Position numbers and translations under genes: made by a program. 64,000 nt of DNA from Macrostomum lignano. Taxonomy: Eukaryota. The DNA lies in contig NIVC01001037.1 of the NCBI GenBank assembly GCA_002269645.1, forward strand, positions 310,001-374,000, read 5' to 3'. The notes beneath the pieces were generated by a model. It did not search any database, was not told where the DNA came from, and was given only the letters and a program-made list of their open reading frames with translations. Positions 12,357 to 25,095 of this stretch are shown piece after piece (the stretch's first letter is position 1; every line of letters begins with the position of its first letter).

Positions 12357-13794
12357 GGCAGGCAGGCAGAATGTACTCCCTTAAGAAATCATATACCAAG
12401 CGATGCGCCAACCACGTGCCACCGCTGCAGCGTGGAGGTGAACATGCTGTTTCAGACGCAGACCGACAAGATTGAGGTTTTCACATTCGTGAAGCGCCTG
12501 TTCCAGGAGCACAACGCTCTGATTAGGGGCAGCAGGAGTCGGGCTCTGTTCATTGAGACAGCCTACCTGTTCTGCATGGATGTGAGTGCCTCATAGTTGG
12601 CTATGCTAAAAATATCCTTGCTTCCTTGTAAAACAGCCTTGCGATTAAATTTCACCCAGGTAGCCGAGAGCGCCATCTCGTCGAACTTCTTCATGTACAT
12701 ACCGAAGTCGCACTACAGGCGCTATTTGGAAGATGTGCCAATTTTGATGAAAGCAAAAGTCTGCATCATCATCGACTATCACAGGAGCCTGGCTTATCGA
12801 TTTGGTAATTTTTTATCGAGATTGTTGATCTTAACTAAGTGTAAAATGACAAAACAAATGACCCCAACATCACCAGGCATTCGCGTCAGCAAGCTCACGG
12901 ATGAGTCCGACCGCGGCACCGAGAGCACCAGGAACTCCCAGGTCGAGTCCACCATGGACCGACCGACCGTCCGCTTCCACCGGAACCGCGCCGCGGTGGA
13001 ATTCATCCAGGAGGGCCGGGCCTGCACCATCGCTGGTGAGTCAGCTGCTATGGAATTTGCTGAAGCTGAGCTGCCCTTCAAATCCGCAAAATGACCGGAA
13101 ATGCCTATTGGGGTCTGAAAAAATTAAAGTATTACACTCACAGGCAGTATTACACTCACAGGTAGTATTACATTCACAGGCAGTATTACACTCACAGGCA
13201 GTATTACACTCACAGGCAGTATTACACTCGCAGGCAGTATTACACTCACAGGCAGTATTACATTCACAGGCAGTATTACACTCACAGGTAGTATTACATT
13301 CACAGGCAGTATTACACTCACAGGTAGTATTACATTCACAGGCAGTATTACACTCACAGGCAGTATTACACTCACAGGCAGTATTACACTCACAGGCAGT
13401 ATTACACTCACAGGCAGTATTACATTCACAGGCAGTATTACACTCACAGGCAGTATTACACTCACAGGCAGTATTACACTCGCAGGCAGTATTACACTCA
13501 CAGGCAGTATTACACTCGCAGGCAGTATTACACTCACAGGCAGTAATAAACTCACAGGTAGTATTACATTCACAGGCAGTATTACACTCACAGGCAGTAT
13601 TACACTCACAGGCAGTTTTACACTCACAGGCAGTATTACACTCACAGGCAGTAATACACTCACAGGCAGTATTACACTCACAAGCAGTATTACATCTCAC
13701 AGGCAGTATTACATTCGTACACATTGCAGACATTATCGCCACAAACAGGGCCATCCAGTCCAAAAGGAACACGGACCCGTTGCGGCACCCGTGA
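12043..13794 (+). CDS. Uncharacterised 5-exon gene, about 250 aa
   Basis: Proposed exons 12043-12203, 12362-12581, 12660-12804, 12877-13035, 13730-13794 with GT-AG boundaries and a continuous frame (MELSDECRDC...DPLRHP). Comparison with the duplicate shows synonymous changes (cga ctg vs aga ttg) in this frame. Confidence 0.65.
12216..12369 (+). repeat. (GACA)n/(GGCA)n microsatellite filling intron 1
   Basis: Direct reading; interrupted by CACTAAG at about 12315-12321. Confidence 0.97.
13130..13710 (+). repeat. 18-bp minisatellite in intron 4, about 32 copies
   Basis: Unit cactcacaggcagtatta; explains the spurious VLHSQA / CECNTA ORFs. Confidence 0.97.
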
Positions 13795-14079
13795 CTCGGA
13801 CCAGTCAGTGTGGTTCATCTGTCAATGACAAGCAAAGCGATTCTGACTGTCTACTGAGCAGCTTTTCAATTAGCAAGCTGCAGGTGAATTCTAGCCTCGA
13901 CAACTTTTTATGCCAAGAGCTAGGGAGACAGTTTAATACTCTGAGTCTAATTGTTTTGCATTGATTACCATCGTATTGCAGCATGCAAAATAGTTGCCGA
14001 AATTCTATAATTCTCAGAAGCTACAAATACGTACATTGATAAAAATTATTAGCGTTTCATGGCGGATAAAAAACCTTTG

Positions 14080-14700
14080 CTGAGAGGTGGTTTTTGAGAG
14101 GATGGGTTCTGAGAGGGTGGGTTCTGAGAGGGTGGGTTCTGAGAGGGTGGGTTCTGAGAGGTTGGGTTATGAAAGGGTGGGTTCTGAGTGGATGGGTTCT
14201 GAGAAGGTGGGTTCTGAGAGGGTGAGTTCTGAGAGGTTGAGTTCTGAGAGGGTGGGTTCTGAGAGAATGGATTCTGAGAAGGTGGGTTCTGAGAGGGTGG
14301 GTTCTGAGAGGATGGGTTCTGAGAGGGTGGGTTCTGAGAGGGTGGGTTCTGAGAGGGTGGGTTCTGAGAGGGGGGGTTCTGAGAGGGTGGGTTCTGAGAG
14401 GGTGGATTCTGAGAGGGTGGGTTCTGAGAGGATGGGTTCTGAGAGGGTGGGTTCTGAGAGGATGGGTTCTGAGAGGGTGGGTTCTGAGAGGGTGGATTCT
14501 GAGAGGGTGGGTTCTGAGAGGGTGGGTTCTGAGAGGGTGGGTTCTGAGAGGGTGAGTTCTGAGAGGGTGGATTCTGAGAGGGTGGGTTCTGAGAGGGTGA
14601 GTTCTGAGAGGGTGGATTCTGAGAGGGTGGGTTCTGAGAGGGTGGGTTCTGAGAGGGTGAGTTCTGAGAGGGTGAGTTCTGAGAGCTGGTGGGTTCTGAA
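14080..14700 (+). repeat. 15-bp G-rich minisatellite, about 40 copies
   Basis: Unit tctgagagggtgggt. Confidence 0.97.
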
Positions 14701-15148
14701 AGGAAGGGTTACAAAAGGTTTGAATCCGAGATACAAAACATGAACGAGTACGGGACAACACAGATACTTGTTGTTGAATTCAACCAAATCACTGCAAAAA
14801 AGTTTTCTATTTTTTTAGCCTTGACACTGCAGGATGCGCTGCAATGCAAATATTGTTTTGAAAAAACAAATCGACTTAAAATGTGTAGTGAAGGGAATTA
14901 GTACGATTCGGATTGGCAATGAATAAAAAGACGCTAAAATTTGCAGAGGGGCTACAAGAATCAATTAGAAAATAGTCCAGCTCAGCCGTTTCTGCAGAGC
15001 TCACTGGTACAATATTTCTGATATTCGCGGCAACCATAAACAAAGGTAGACTCAAATAGCAAAGATACTTTCAAAGCATTCGTTAAATATAACATAGAAA
15101 GCCATGAGCGCTTGAATAAGCCTTGAACAAAGTTGCCGAAGGCACATT

Positions 15149-15182
<34 letters not shown>
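15149..15182 (+). repeat. (TG)n microsatellite
   Basis: Direct reading. Confidence 0.95.
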
Positions 15183-15184
<2 letters not shown>

Positions 15185-15540
15185 GTGTTGGCAGTAGTTG
15201 ATGTACGTATGGGCATCCCAATATTTGACACGTGTTGCCAATCCGTTAATTAGCTGTCATGTTAGTAGTTTACAACAAAAATTAGTTTGTACTTCAATTT
15301 AAGGTGCTCATAGCGCTGTGAAATGTCGTTTGTGTCACACCGAGAGGGACAACTAACTGACCAAAAACGGTAAAGCAACAAAAAGACTGTGATACACGTG
15401 CATGCAATATTGCACAAGCTTGTGCCATACATTTTCGAGAGTATCTATTCATATCGAAATGTTCAGTAAATAGATAGAACTGTGCTGAAAACTGAGGATT
15501 TTCAAAAAAAGGCTGAGGATCTGAGGCCTGAGCTTAGATA

Positions 15541-18500
15541 TCAGTTCTGAGACTGGGGCGTGTGAGGTTCAATCACTCCCAAACCGCTGATTTGGCGAAC
15601 TTGCGAAGAATCTCTGAAAAAGAATGTGAAACAAGTTGAATAGTGTAAGGTATAATGACACAGGTTTGCAGATTCTTTGTAAACCTGTCCTTACCTAGCA
15701 GAAACAGGGCTATTGCTGCTGAAGTCTGCGCAAGCCCCTAAATAAGGCCTTGCTTGAAAGTGATCCTGGACCTGGAGACTTTCCGGTGTAAGATAAGCCG
15801 ACAGATCGCCTACTGATAGCCTAAAATAAAAAAGTAAATGTGCGTTTGTTTACCTTTGCTAATAAACAAATTAAGATTTCATGCATGTGATACAGGATTC
15901 TGTCATACCTGCTACCGGTATTGGGTCCTAGGCCTCGCTCAGCTCTCAGACGCTCTCCGAGTTCCCGAATTTCCCTGTCGCGAGAGCAGCATGAAGTCTA
16001 GCGCGCAATATCCATTGTGGTTAGCGAGCGTCGGGGAGGCTTCCTTGTCCAACAGAGCCTGGACGCACTGAACTGACCGCTGCTGCACAGCAAGCATCAG
16101 TGGTGTCACTCCATCTTTATTCTTTGCGTCGACTGTAGCTCCTTCTGTCAGCAAGCCTCAACTTCAATCTGATTAGATTTGTAAGCAGCCCAGTGAAGAG
16201 CAGTGCTCTGAGTCTCATTCTGATGGCTTGCATTTACATGGCAGTTTTCCAGTAAAAACTTGGCTGCCTCCGTGTTGCCGTGAAGCACAGCCAGCATGAG
16301 GGGTGTGTCGCCGTGCGCGTCAATGGAATCGAAAAATTCTTCATTGGACGAGTGCTGCTTTAAATAGAAAAGAATCTCCTTGTTGCCTCCAATGGCAGCT
16401 AAGTGGGCGGCGTTTCTTCGCAACAAATTTCGATCGTTAAGACTACAACCAAGCTTTCCGTGCAACACCTCCAGTAGCCGGGTCCTTCCCAGAACAATGG
16501 ATTGTAGGAGGGGCGTGTCTCCATTCACATCCGGTTCTTTCGCCCGGACTCCGGGGTCACTAATCAAGTGCAGCAGAATCTGCTCGTGACCAGCTGCAAC
16601 AGCTTCGTGCACGAGCGTATAGCCGCGCTTTGTTTTCACCCCGAGACTGCAGCCGATTTTCTCGAGCTTCCGAAAAATGTGATAATTGCCTACTCTGACG
16701 GCAAGCGTTAGTGCAGTTTCTCCGTTCTGATTTGCTTCATTTAGGAGCCTTTTATTCTCTTCTGTGCTCTGATTGTCCCGGATCAGCATCAGTGAAGCAA
16801 ATATTGACTGCCACTGGCTATCACAGCATCACGAATTTGCCCTGACTGTTTCTTACAAACTCGCGTCGCTGAAGACTCCTGAGCGCTGCTGCCTGACCAG
16901 TAGACGCCAAATGGCAAAATAAGGACTCGCAGACGCTGTCACTGTGATTTCTCAGGTGCATCGTCACGGCGAACCGGCTGTTTCCTGAGCGAGCCGCCAA
17001 TTCCAGCATTGAGCGGCCATCTCTAACCGCAAGTTGTGGGTTCCAGCCCTTTTCAACCAGCAGCTGGTACATCTCTTCGTTGCCTATTCGCGCGGCTAGG
17101 TGCAAGGCGGTTTCTTCATAACAATTTTTGGCATCCTTTAAAAAGTCGAATTCAGACAAAAGCCACCGTAGGGTGCTCAGTTTGGATTCAGAAACCGCCA
17201 CGTGAAGCAAGGTGTTTTTGTTATTGTTCACGTCGTCTTTGATTCCGGGTGCTTCCGCAAAATCTCGCGGGCCAAATCAATTTGGCCAAATCGAATAGCG
17301 GTCAGCAAGGGCGTGTACCCCTTAGCATCTTTGACTGTAACGCTTGCACCTCTGCTGAGCAGTTCATTAATAAGACTACTGCGACAAGTTTCTATGCCAA
17401 GTGGAGTAAATTCCACTGACTTTCGCGCCTGTCTACTGGTACACCCAAATCGAGCAACTCTGTTAAGTTCTTATTCTTTCGAGAGCGAATGTTAGTACGA
17501 AAGACTTCGAAATTCGGAGACAATGTGTCGGCCGATAGACGAGCACCCGTTTGTAAGAGCAAATCGATGATACTCCGACTGCCCCGAAAGAATGCCTCCG
17601 CTAATACAGAGACTCCATCCTTGCTGACCACATTCACGTCTGCACTTTTGGCTAATAAAAGTTGGCAAATTTCAAAGCCTTTAGAAGCCGATAAAGCGCC
17701 AAATATCGGTGTCTTTCCATTTCCATCAATAGCATTCGGATCAGCTCCGTATTCGAGCAGCAACTCAACAATATCAAGCTTTAAATTGCGGCATGCGACA
17801 TGGAGGGGCGTTTCAAAGTCGCCATTTCTGGCATGCAGAAGGGATTCATTCTTCTCAATTAGGCTTTTAGCAATCTTCTTTGAACCTCCTTTACAAGCAA
17901 AGTGAAGGAGAGTGTTCTTCAGTGAGTAGACTTTCACTGAGTCTTCGTCAGTAATTGGCCAGATTTTTGACAAAACATCTTCATCACCGCGCAGGCACGC
18001 AATGGAGACAGCCGAATCACCATCATTGTTTGTGTGTCTTTTTTCCAAGCCAAAATCGATTAGTAGGCCAACTAATTCTGCACTGGCCTTTGCTGCTGCC
18101 AGTGTCAAGCACGAGTCACCTGACTTAGTTACCGTGTCGATAGGGAACTTCTTTTCGATTAAAACCTTCAGAATTTCGAGCTTGTTACACCTGCACGCCA
18201 GGTGAGCAGCACTGAGACCGTCTTCTGTTTCGGTGTCTTTGCTGCACCCGTGGCGATTAATATCTGCACCATGCTATCGGCCGCAGCTTGCCCACCTCTA
18301 TGGCAATCAAGAGAGGTGTCCAACCGTTTGACTTCCGATTGTTCACGTCGCATCCAGCGCTAATTAGATCAGACAGAAGCTCGCTATTCTGGCCAATGAT
18401 TGCATACTCAAGCGCAGTCTTGCCGTAGTTATCTTTAGCTGTCACAAAGTTCAGGTCTGGTACCGTCGTTAAGAGAATTTTCACAGTTTCCCTTGACCCA

Positions 18501-21075
18501 GCCAGCGCCGCCAGCATCAGGCTCGTGATTCCTGCCGAGTCAATGCAGCAAATGGAGACGTTTTTCTCCACCAGCTTCTGTAGAACTTCAAGTCCACCTG
18601 CCTCGCAAGCAAAATGGATGGCTTGTCTGTTTTCTTTAGTGCAGGGTTCAAGCAGAACGTTTCTGGATAGCAGAAAGTCTACAATAGACGAGTCGTTATT
18701 GGAGCATGCTATCATAAGTGGCGTCTTGCCCGTTTTGTCTTCTTGGTCGAGGCAACAGTCCTTCCGTTCTAGCAGCTTCACCATGTCAAAGAATCTCATC
18801 TGCGTTGCCATGTGGACCGCATTTTCACCTTGATTGTTTCTCAAGTTAACATCGGCACCGTAGTCCGCGAGTTTCTTAACCACGTCTTCGTTGCCTTCTC
18901 TAACGGCTAGCAAGAACAGAGTGAGCCCGTATTTGTCTTTTGTATCGAAAACGCACTTTAAATTGTTAACAAGATAGACAATTGCTTCAGGATGCCCCTT
19001 CATGGCAGCGAAATGCACAGCGGTTCTGCCGCACTCGTCTGTAGCGTTTTTATTGTCATTCTCTTCTGGCGAGTCTCGGTGGAGATACCGAATAACATCG
19101 ACTTGGTTTTTTGCTGCAACTTGCATTAGGATAGTCTTACCCTTTCTATTAATGTTCATTATAGGTTTTCCGCTTGCAGCAAAATGTGTCAGTAAGTCCA
19201 CCCTACCCATCTTGGCGGCCATGCTCAAAGCAGAATTTCCTTTGTTATTCTTAACAGTGGAACTACACCCGTACCCAATTAAAGCAATGACAATTTTTCG
19301 AGTCAGGGAGCCGTCCTCAGACTGCGCGGTGATTGCCTTCATGAGAGGGGTATTGCCCTTGTTGTCGGCAATGTCCATGGGGACTTTCTTCTCAATCAAA
19401 AGCTTGATCAGCGGCCAGTTAAGAGCAGAGGTAGCTTGAGAAGCTACTGTATTTCCCTTATTATCGATGACATTAATCTTGCAACCCTGATCTAACAGGA
19501 ATTTGACAGTCTCCAAAGCGTTGTCTTTTGAGCCTGCAGCTACCAATATTGCAGTCTTGCCTTCTGAGTTTGGTACATCGAAGTTTGCTTGATGACTTTT
19601 TAGCACATTCAGCACGCTCAACTGCCCATTGGCGGCAGCCAAAAGTGCCGGAGTATTTCCAGCTCTATCGATGCGATTTACGTCGCAGTTATTTTCGGCA
19701 AGATAGGCGACTGTCTCTGCGGTGCCGGCGTGACACGCTGCCATGACTGCAGTTCGACCGTCCTTCGCTCTCGGAATGTCCAGTGGCATACTAGCTTGAT
19801 GAAGCTGCTTCAGCATTTGGACTCGGCTTAGTTCAGCTGCCAGTTGAATCAGATTTGACTGGGTTTCACATTCGAATTGGTCGGTAGATTTCATTGCGTC
19901 AAGCACGCAATCGAAGATCTCTTGATTTTCAGATTCGATGCAGTAGGCTAGGGGCATTTCCCCATACCATCTTTCAGGTGCACGTTGGCACCAGCTCTAA
20001 GTAGCATCTTCACAAATTCTATATGGCTATTCATTACGGCTGAAAACAATGGTGTTCTACCCAGGTTGCAAACCCGATTTACGTTGCAGCCTTTGCTCAA
20101 TAGAAGCTCTGCAATCTCTTCGCTTCCTTGCTGAGCAGCGTAGAACAACGGGGAGCTGTTGGTATTGTCAATCTTGTCGAAGTTTCCATCTTGTTCTGCA
20201 ACTAGATGGAGAAACTCTGTGGAGCCAATTTGGGAGGCTACATGAGCGATTGTCTGCTCATCCTTGTACTGGAGATCGCACGGCTTTTCGGCGTCTCGTT
20301 TCGGATAATTTTCCAGCCAATAACGGACGCATTCGGTTGCATGGCTCCGTACCAGCTCCGGTATGGTCTCGTTGTGCACCGCCGCGTCAAACTGCAGAGC
20401 CAACTGCTTCTCTTCCAGAATAGCAAGACTCTGCAGGTCGTGAGCAGCAAAGGCCAAGTCAGCGGCTGTGAATCCCTGGCGATTTTTTACGACAAGATCT
20501 GCGCCACGGTCAGTTAGCAGCCGGAGCAGATGTGGTTGCTGATTAACGGTTGCCAGCATTAGAGGCGTGTTGCCGTCTTGGTCCTGAGCGTTGATACTGG
20601 CCCCTTCGGAGAGAAGCCTGCTGGCAATCTCACTTTGTCCGTTTCTAGCTGCGCAGTGAAGCGCAGTCAATCCGTAGGCGTCTTGACAGTCGACACTCGG
20701 AACTCTGCGCAGGGCCATCTGGCAGGACTCTAGGTCGCCAGATTCAGCTGCGCGATGTAGACTACGGGTTGCTCTTAGTAGGGCTTCATCAGGCTCACCG
20801 TCTTCTCTGCTGTCGGCGCGACTTGACAAAGAAGCCGAGTCGTCACGCCATTGCATGAAGCGCCTAATCTGGAGAGCGAGCTCCTCCAATTTAGCATACT
20901 CGAGCTGATCTAATCTTTGAGTGCTCAATTTGGATAGCAGTTCCTTAATACCTTGAGGAAGACGAGTGCCAGTTGATGGTTCATTTGACGAGTTTTTTAT
21001 TCCAAGCTGCAGAAGAAGTTCCTCGACTTCTCTCGCCTTCTTGCGTTTTTTGTTGTTGTCGCTGGGCTTCGGCAT
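15541..21075 (-). CDS. Giant ankyrin-repeat protein, paralogue A (ANK-only; frame broken by about 8 apparent single-base deletions)
   Basis: Consecutive minus ORFs full of TPLxxA / GADVN ankyrin motifs, colinear with paralogue B. One giant exon (about 21077-15909) plus proposed small exons 15820-15695 and 15613-15541. Intact gene versus pseudogene is unresolved. Confidence 0.85.
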
Positions 21076-23374
21076 GTCTGAAAGTCATTGATTGTTATTG
21101 CTTTTGTACAAATCTTCTCTGCAAGAAACGTGGCACCTACACGATTTAACTGTGTGATTCTTTTGTTTGAAAGTTACTGATACAAAGCTAGGGCGGTCAA
21201 AAAACTGGTTTAAAGTCGGAAAAGAGGGTTTCACCTCAATACAGTTTTGATTTAGCTAGGCGAATTCGCGCGAATGACTAGTGACTAGTGATCTGTATTT
21301 CTGACAATTTCTAATGATATTTTTAATAGCTATTTTTAACTTTTAGTATAATGGACTAGCAATCTCCGCCCACACTAGAGAGGCAACAAAGTAAGGAACA
21401 CAACTTTTTAATAAACTGCATGTAGGTTTCGACCTTGTACAGTCACTACTGTTAGTTTCTTAAGGAAAACGAAGTTTAAAGCAGTTTAATCCACCCAGAA
21501 AGCCAGCTATCTAACCTAAGATATCAACAGCTCCTTTGAGCTTTAGCATCAAAGAATCTGAGCAACCCCCATCAGCCACACCATTTCAGCAATTCCCATC
21601 AGCCTTGATATCTCAGAAACTATCCCACGAGTCTGTAAATATCAGTCATCCTGCCTATATGAGCCTTGACAACTCAGCAATTCCCCCCACGAGCCTTTAA
21701 GGTCGACAGAGCGAATCAGTTCAAAAGAACAAAGTGTGTATCTATCCAGATTCAAGATTGTGTGCAATTTTTTCTATTCATGATACATTCTATTCTATTC
21801 ATTTATTTTATTCATGAAGTTTAATGAAAAGCAAATATATTTGTTTTGAATAAGCATTGACATTGAAAAGGTATGAATAAAAAAGAGAAACCTTTTTTAA
21901 TCTTGCAAGAAAGCGAGAATTTCTTGGCTTTTAATGAACAAGAAAATTACTTTTTCTCGCGAGAATTTCTTCTGAAGATTTTCTTATGAGATTTTGAGAC
22001 AAGAGTATCTTTTCTCTTTACCCTTTTCTCAATGTCTGTGTCCGTCAGTTGTGCACCCAGTCTTATTTCTGTCTCTCGAGATTCCACCCAACCTTGCCCA
22101 GGTTGGCCCATAGACGACAATTTGCTTCATAAATTCTTGCGAGAAAGTCTTGAAAGCCAAGAAAAGTTTATTCATGTCTTTTGCAGATTTTCTTAGCTTG
22201 AGAGAATTTCTACGCGCGAAAATCTCGACAGTTGAGAAAATATTTTCCTTTTTATCTTGGCTTACAAGAATTTCCGCCGAGATTTTCTCGATTTTTATTC
22301 ATATACCGCCCATTTATTGCATTTCAATCCTTTCAATCAGATTTCTGAGTACCCCAAAGTTTAGCGACCGGCATTTATACAAGATTTTACCTGGTGATCC
22401 CGATGGTACACCGAAAGCCCATAGAGCTGAAAGCTTCGAAGTGCAAACGGAAGACGGCTGACTCTGTCTTGCTAAAACGTCGTTTTTCCGTATCGCGCTC
22501 ACGCCTAGAAAGAATGAATTTGAGAGCTTAAAACGCATGGCTGGAAAGCTTTTGGAGAGACGAAATTATAGACAGGAAAGAGAAGGCAGGGTGTGTGGCA
22601 GGGTTTCTGTACAGATGACTGTACGGCAAGCATAGAAGAGGGCAGTCTACCACATACATTTAAGTACATGAAATGCGCACAATAAAAACTTTCAGAAGCT
22701 ATACGAGGTACTTTGAGCCAAGTACAAAGTCAAAATAAACAGAACCGACTGGGTTTCGGCTGCAAGTCTTGCCGACAGATTCCCTGACGCTTGGATAACA
22801 CTAGAAACTCGTTGGCTTAGCAAAGAAAAGAAAAAATAAAGTCATCTCCTTAATAAACAAATTTGCACCTGGCTGGCTACTCTGTGTAAATATTGTTTTA
22901 TTTAAAAAGTTAATCATTGATCGTTGGGATATTGAGTGAGAGGCCATGCGTATTTTATTGAAAACTCGGATAAATAATTAGGGAGCTAAAACTAATTTTA
23001 GTAATATGCAATGTAACGATAGTGAGTTCCAGCATGTCCAGCGATGTAAAATTTAGCTTTGGCTGTTAGGAAACTATAAAAATTTCGTTATATTCTGTTA
23101 AATATCAAATTTCTGGAGTAAATATGAAAAAGTCTTTGTTACGCAAGGATACGAGCATATAGTAAAAATAAAAAAGAAGCGATGTTGAAAAAACTCTCAT
23201 GATGCCGCGATTAAGCAAAAAGATTAATTGCCTTTAAAATTTGAAAATAAAATCGTGCAGGATTGTTTGCATGAACGAGTTAAAGGCCTACATGTAATTA
23301 ATAATTTCTATAGAAAAACACCTTGTATTTCCCTATGGCTGGCTAGCTCTATTAGCTAAATAGATGTAGCTATC

Positions 23375-23520
23375 TGAAATTAAGATCGCACTGGATTCAG
23401 TGGTCCTGTGTTCGATTCCAGGTGTGGCGCAATCAGTCTGCCTATAGTCACTAAGCCCCCACCCCTTGTGAGTGGATAGCTGTGGCATTTTACCTGTGCA
23501 TATGCGATGTTTCTGGGGGA
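23375..23520 (+). mobile_element. Possible tRNA-derived SINE head
   Basis: B-box-like GTTCGATTCC at 23410-23419 in a tRNA-like context; no complete cloverleaf. Confidence 0.35.
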
Positions 23521-23657
23521 ATTGCTGGGTATGATGTCACAAACTTGGCATTCCAAGGAGCCCCATTGAGTTCCTCAGCTCTCAGGAGTAAATTGTTGGC
23601 CACTTGGGAAGAAACATACGAAATCTGATTTAATTGGGATTCATAATGATGGTAGTA

Positions 23658-24257
23658 TTGGTTTTTGCATGCTAAGTGAGACACCCCTCAAGCAATCTGA
23701 GACTGAATAGCAAAAGCACTATTGTCTATGGCCACCCCTCGCTGCAGCCCAGCTTTTTAGGATCGCCTTGCAAGTAAAGTGAGAAATTTTTTCAAGCTAA
23801 GTGAGAACCATATTGAAAACAAAGGGGTGGTTTTACGAAAATACAAAATGATGTACTGTCGGAAACTATATATTTAGAAAAGGATACGCAGGAACACAAC
23901 AAAACAAGCGGTACAAAAATTGTTGATAATGTTATAAGCGTTCAAATAAAGGGTTGCATGTTGATACACTGAGCAAACTTTCGAGTGCAGTGGAGCTCCC
24001 AGCCTGCGATCTTGTGCGGAGTAATGACATGCAGCGATTCTCTTCCAAGCTCGTTGCTTGTTAAACGCAGTTGATTTGCCATAGCCCAGCCTTTGTTTTC
24101 AATATGGTTCTCACTCAGCCTGAAAAAATTTCTCACTCTGCTTGCAAGGCGATCCCAAAAAGCCGGGCTGCAGCGAGGGGTGGCCATAGACAATAGTGTT
24201 TTTGCTATTCAGTCTCAGATTGCTTGAAAAATGTCTCACTTAGCATGCAAAAACCAA
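23658..24257. mobile_element. 600-bp foldback element A with about 168-bp TIRs, flanked by TAGTA
   Basis: 23658-23825 is the reverse complement of 24090-24257 (ttggtttttgcat...atgcaaaaaccaa). TAGTA at 23653-23657 and 24258-24262. Confidence 0.9.
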
Positions 24258-24262
24258 TAGTA

Positions 24263-24879
24263 TCGCTTTTGACGCTCTAGATAAGACTTTAGACATTCAA
24301 AATAAGACTGCATAGGATCGCAAGCAAGGCCAGGCTAGCCACGGCCAGAGCATGCCCAGTCTTGGCTGCAGGAATGGCTTGGCCATAGACTTAAAAATGG
24401 AATATCAAAATGAGAATAAGACGCTCAATATGAGACTGAGTGTGAAAGCCTTCAGATATCGCTCTAACCCTCTGACCTTCAGCCAGCTCTCCTTCTTCAC
24501 CCCTTGGGTTGCATCTGACCCCTTGGATTTCACTGTGATGGCACCATCGATTCCTGCAGCAGACCGTCAGCGTCTGATCGACGCAGTAAATAATGGATCA
24601 ACCATCCTAGCTGCCGCTCAAATTCTGCTTCTTGTTTATTGCCTAATTTCTCCTTAGCTGTTTGTATGGTGACTGCCAAAAAGCAAATAAATTACGTTCA
24701 CTCCCGGTCTCATATTGAGCGTCTTATTCTCATTTTGATATTCCATTTTTAGTCTATGGCCAAGCCATTCCTGCAGCCAAGACTGGGCATGCTCTGGCCG
24801 TGGCTAGCCTGGCCTTGCTTGCGATCCTATGCAGTCTTATTTTGAATGTCCAAAGTCCCATCCAGAGCGTCAAAAGCGA
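24263..24879 (+). mobile_element. 617-bp foldback element B with about 185-bp TIRs and a transposase-like HTH start, flanked by TAGTA
   Basis: 24263-24446 is the reverse complement of 24697-24879 (tcgcttttgacgctct...agagcgtcaaaagcga). TAGTA at 24258-24262 and 24880-24884. Internal MAPSIPAADRQRLIDAVNNGSTILAAAQIL from 24538. Confidence 0.9.
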
Positions 24880-25095
24880 TAGTATTGGGCTTCACTGTCA
24901 AAAAACATAGAAAGTTGGTTGTGCAATGATAAATATAATATGTTATTACATAAAAAGCAAAGCAAAGAAACTTGTTATAGCACGAGTATCTGTCGTTACC
25001 ACAGACCAATAATAAGTACAGACTTATTGGTACTTTGACAGACTTATTAGTCTGTGGTCGTTACGCATTCCGACCGAATGCCTCGGAATAACGAA

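Noticed and set aside
10720-14787. Long repetitive ORFs (SQMSISNSG, VLHSQA, CECNTA, RTHPL, SERVG)
   Set aside because: Minisatellite translations, open in several frames on both strands with no unique sequence.
21890-22400. Region rich in TTCTTGCGAGAA-like motifs as a MITE
   Set aside because: Paired termini and a TSD could not be defined.
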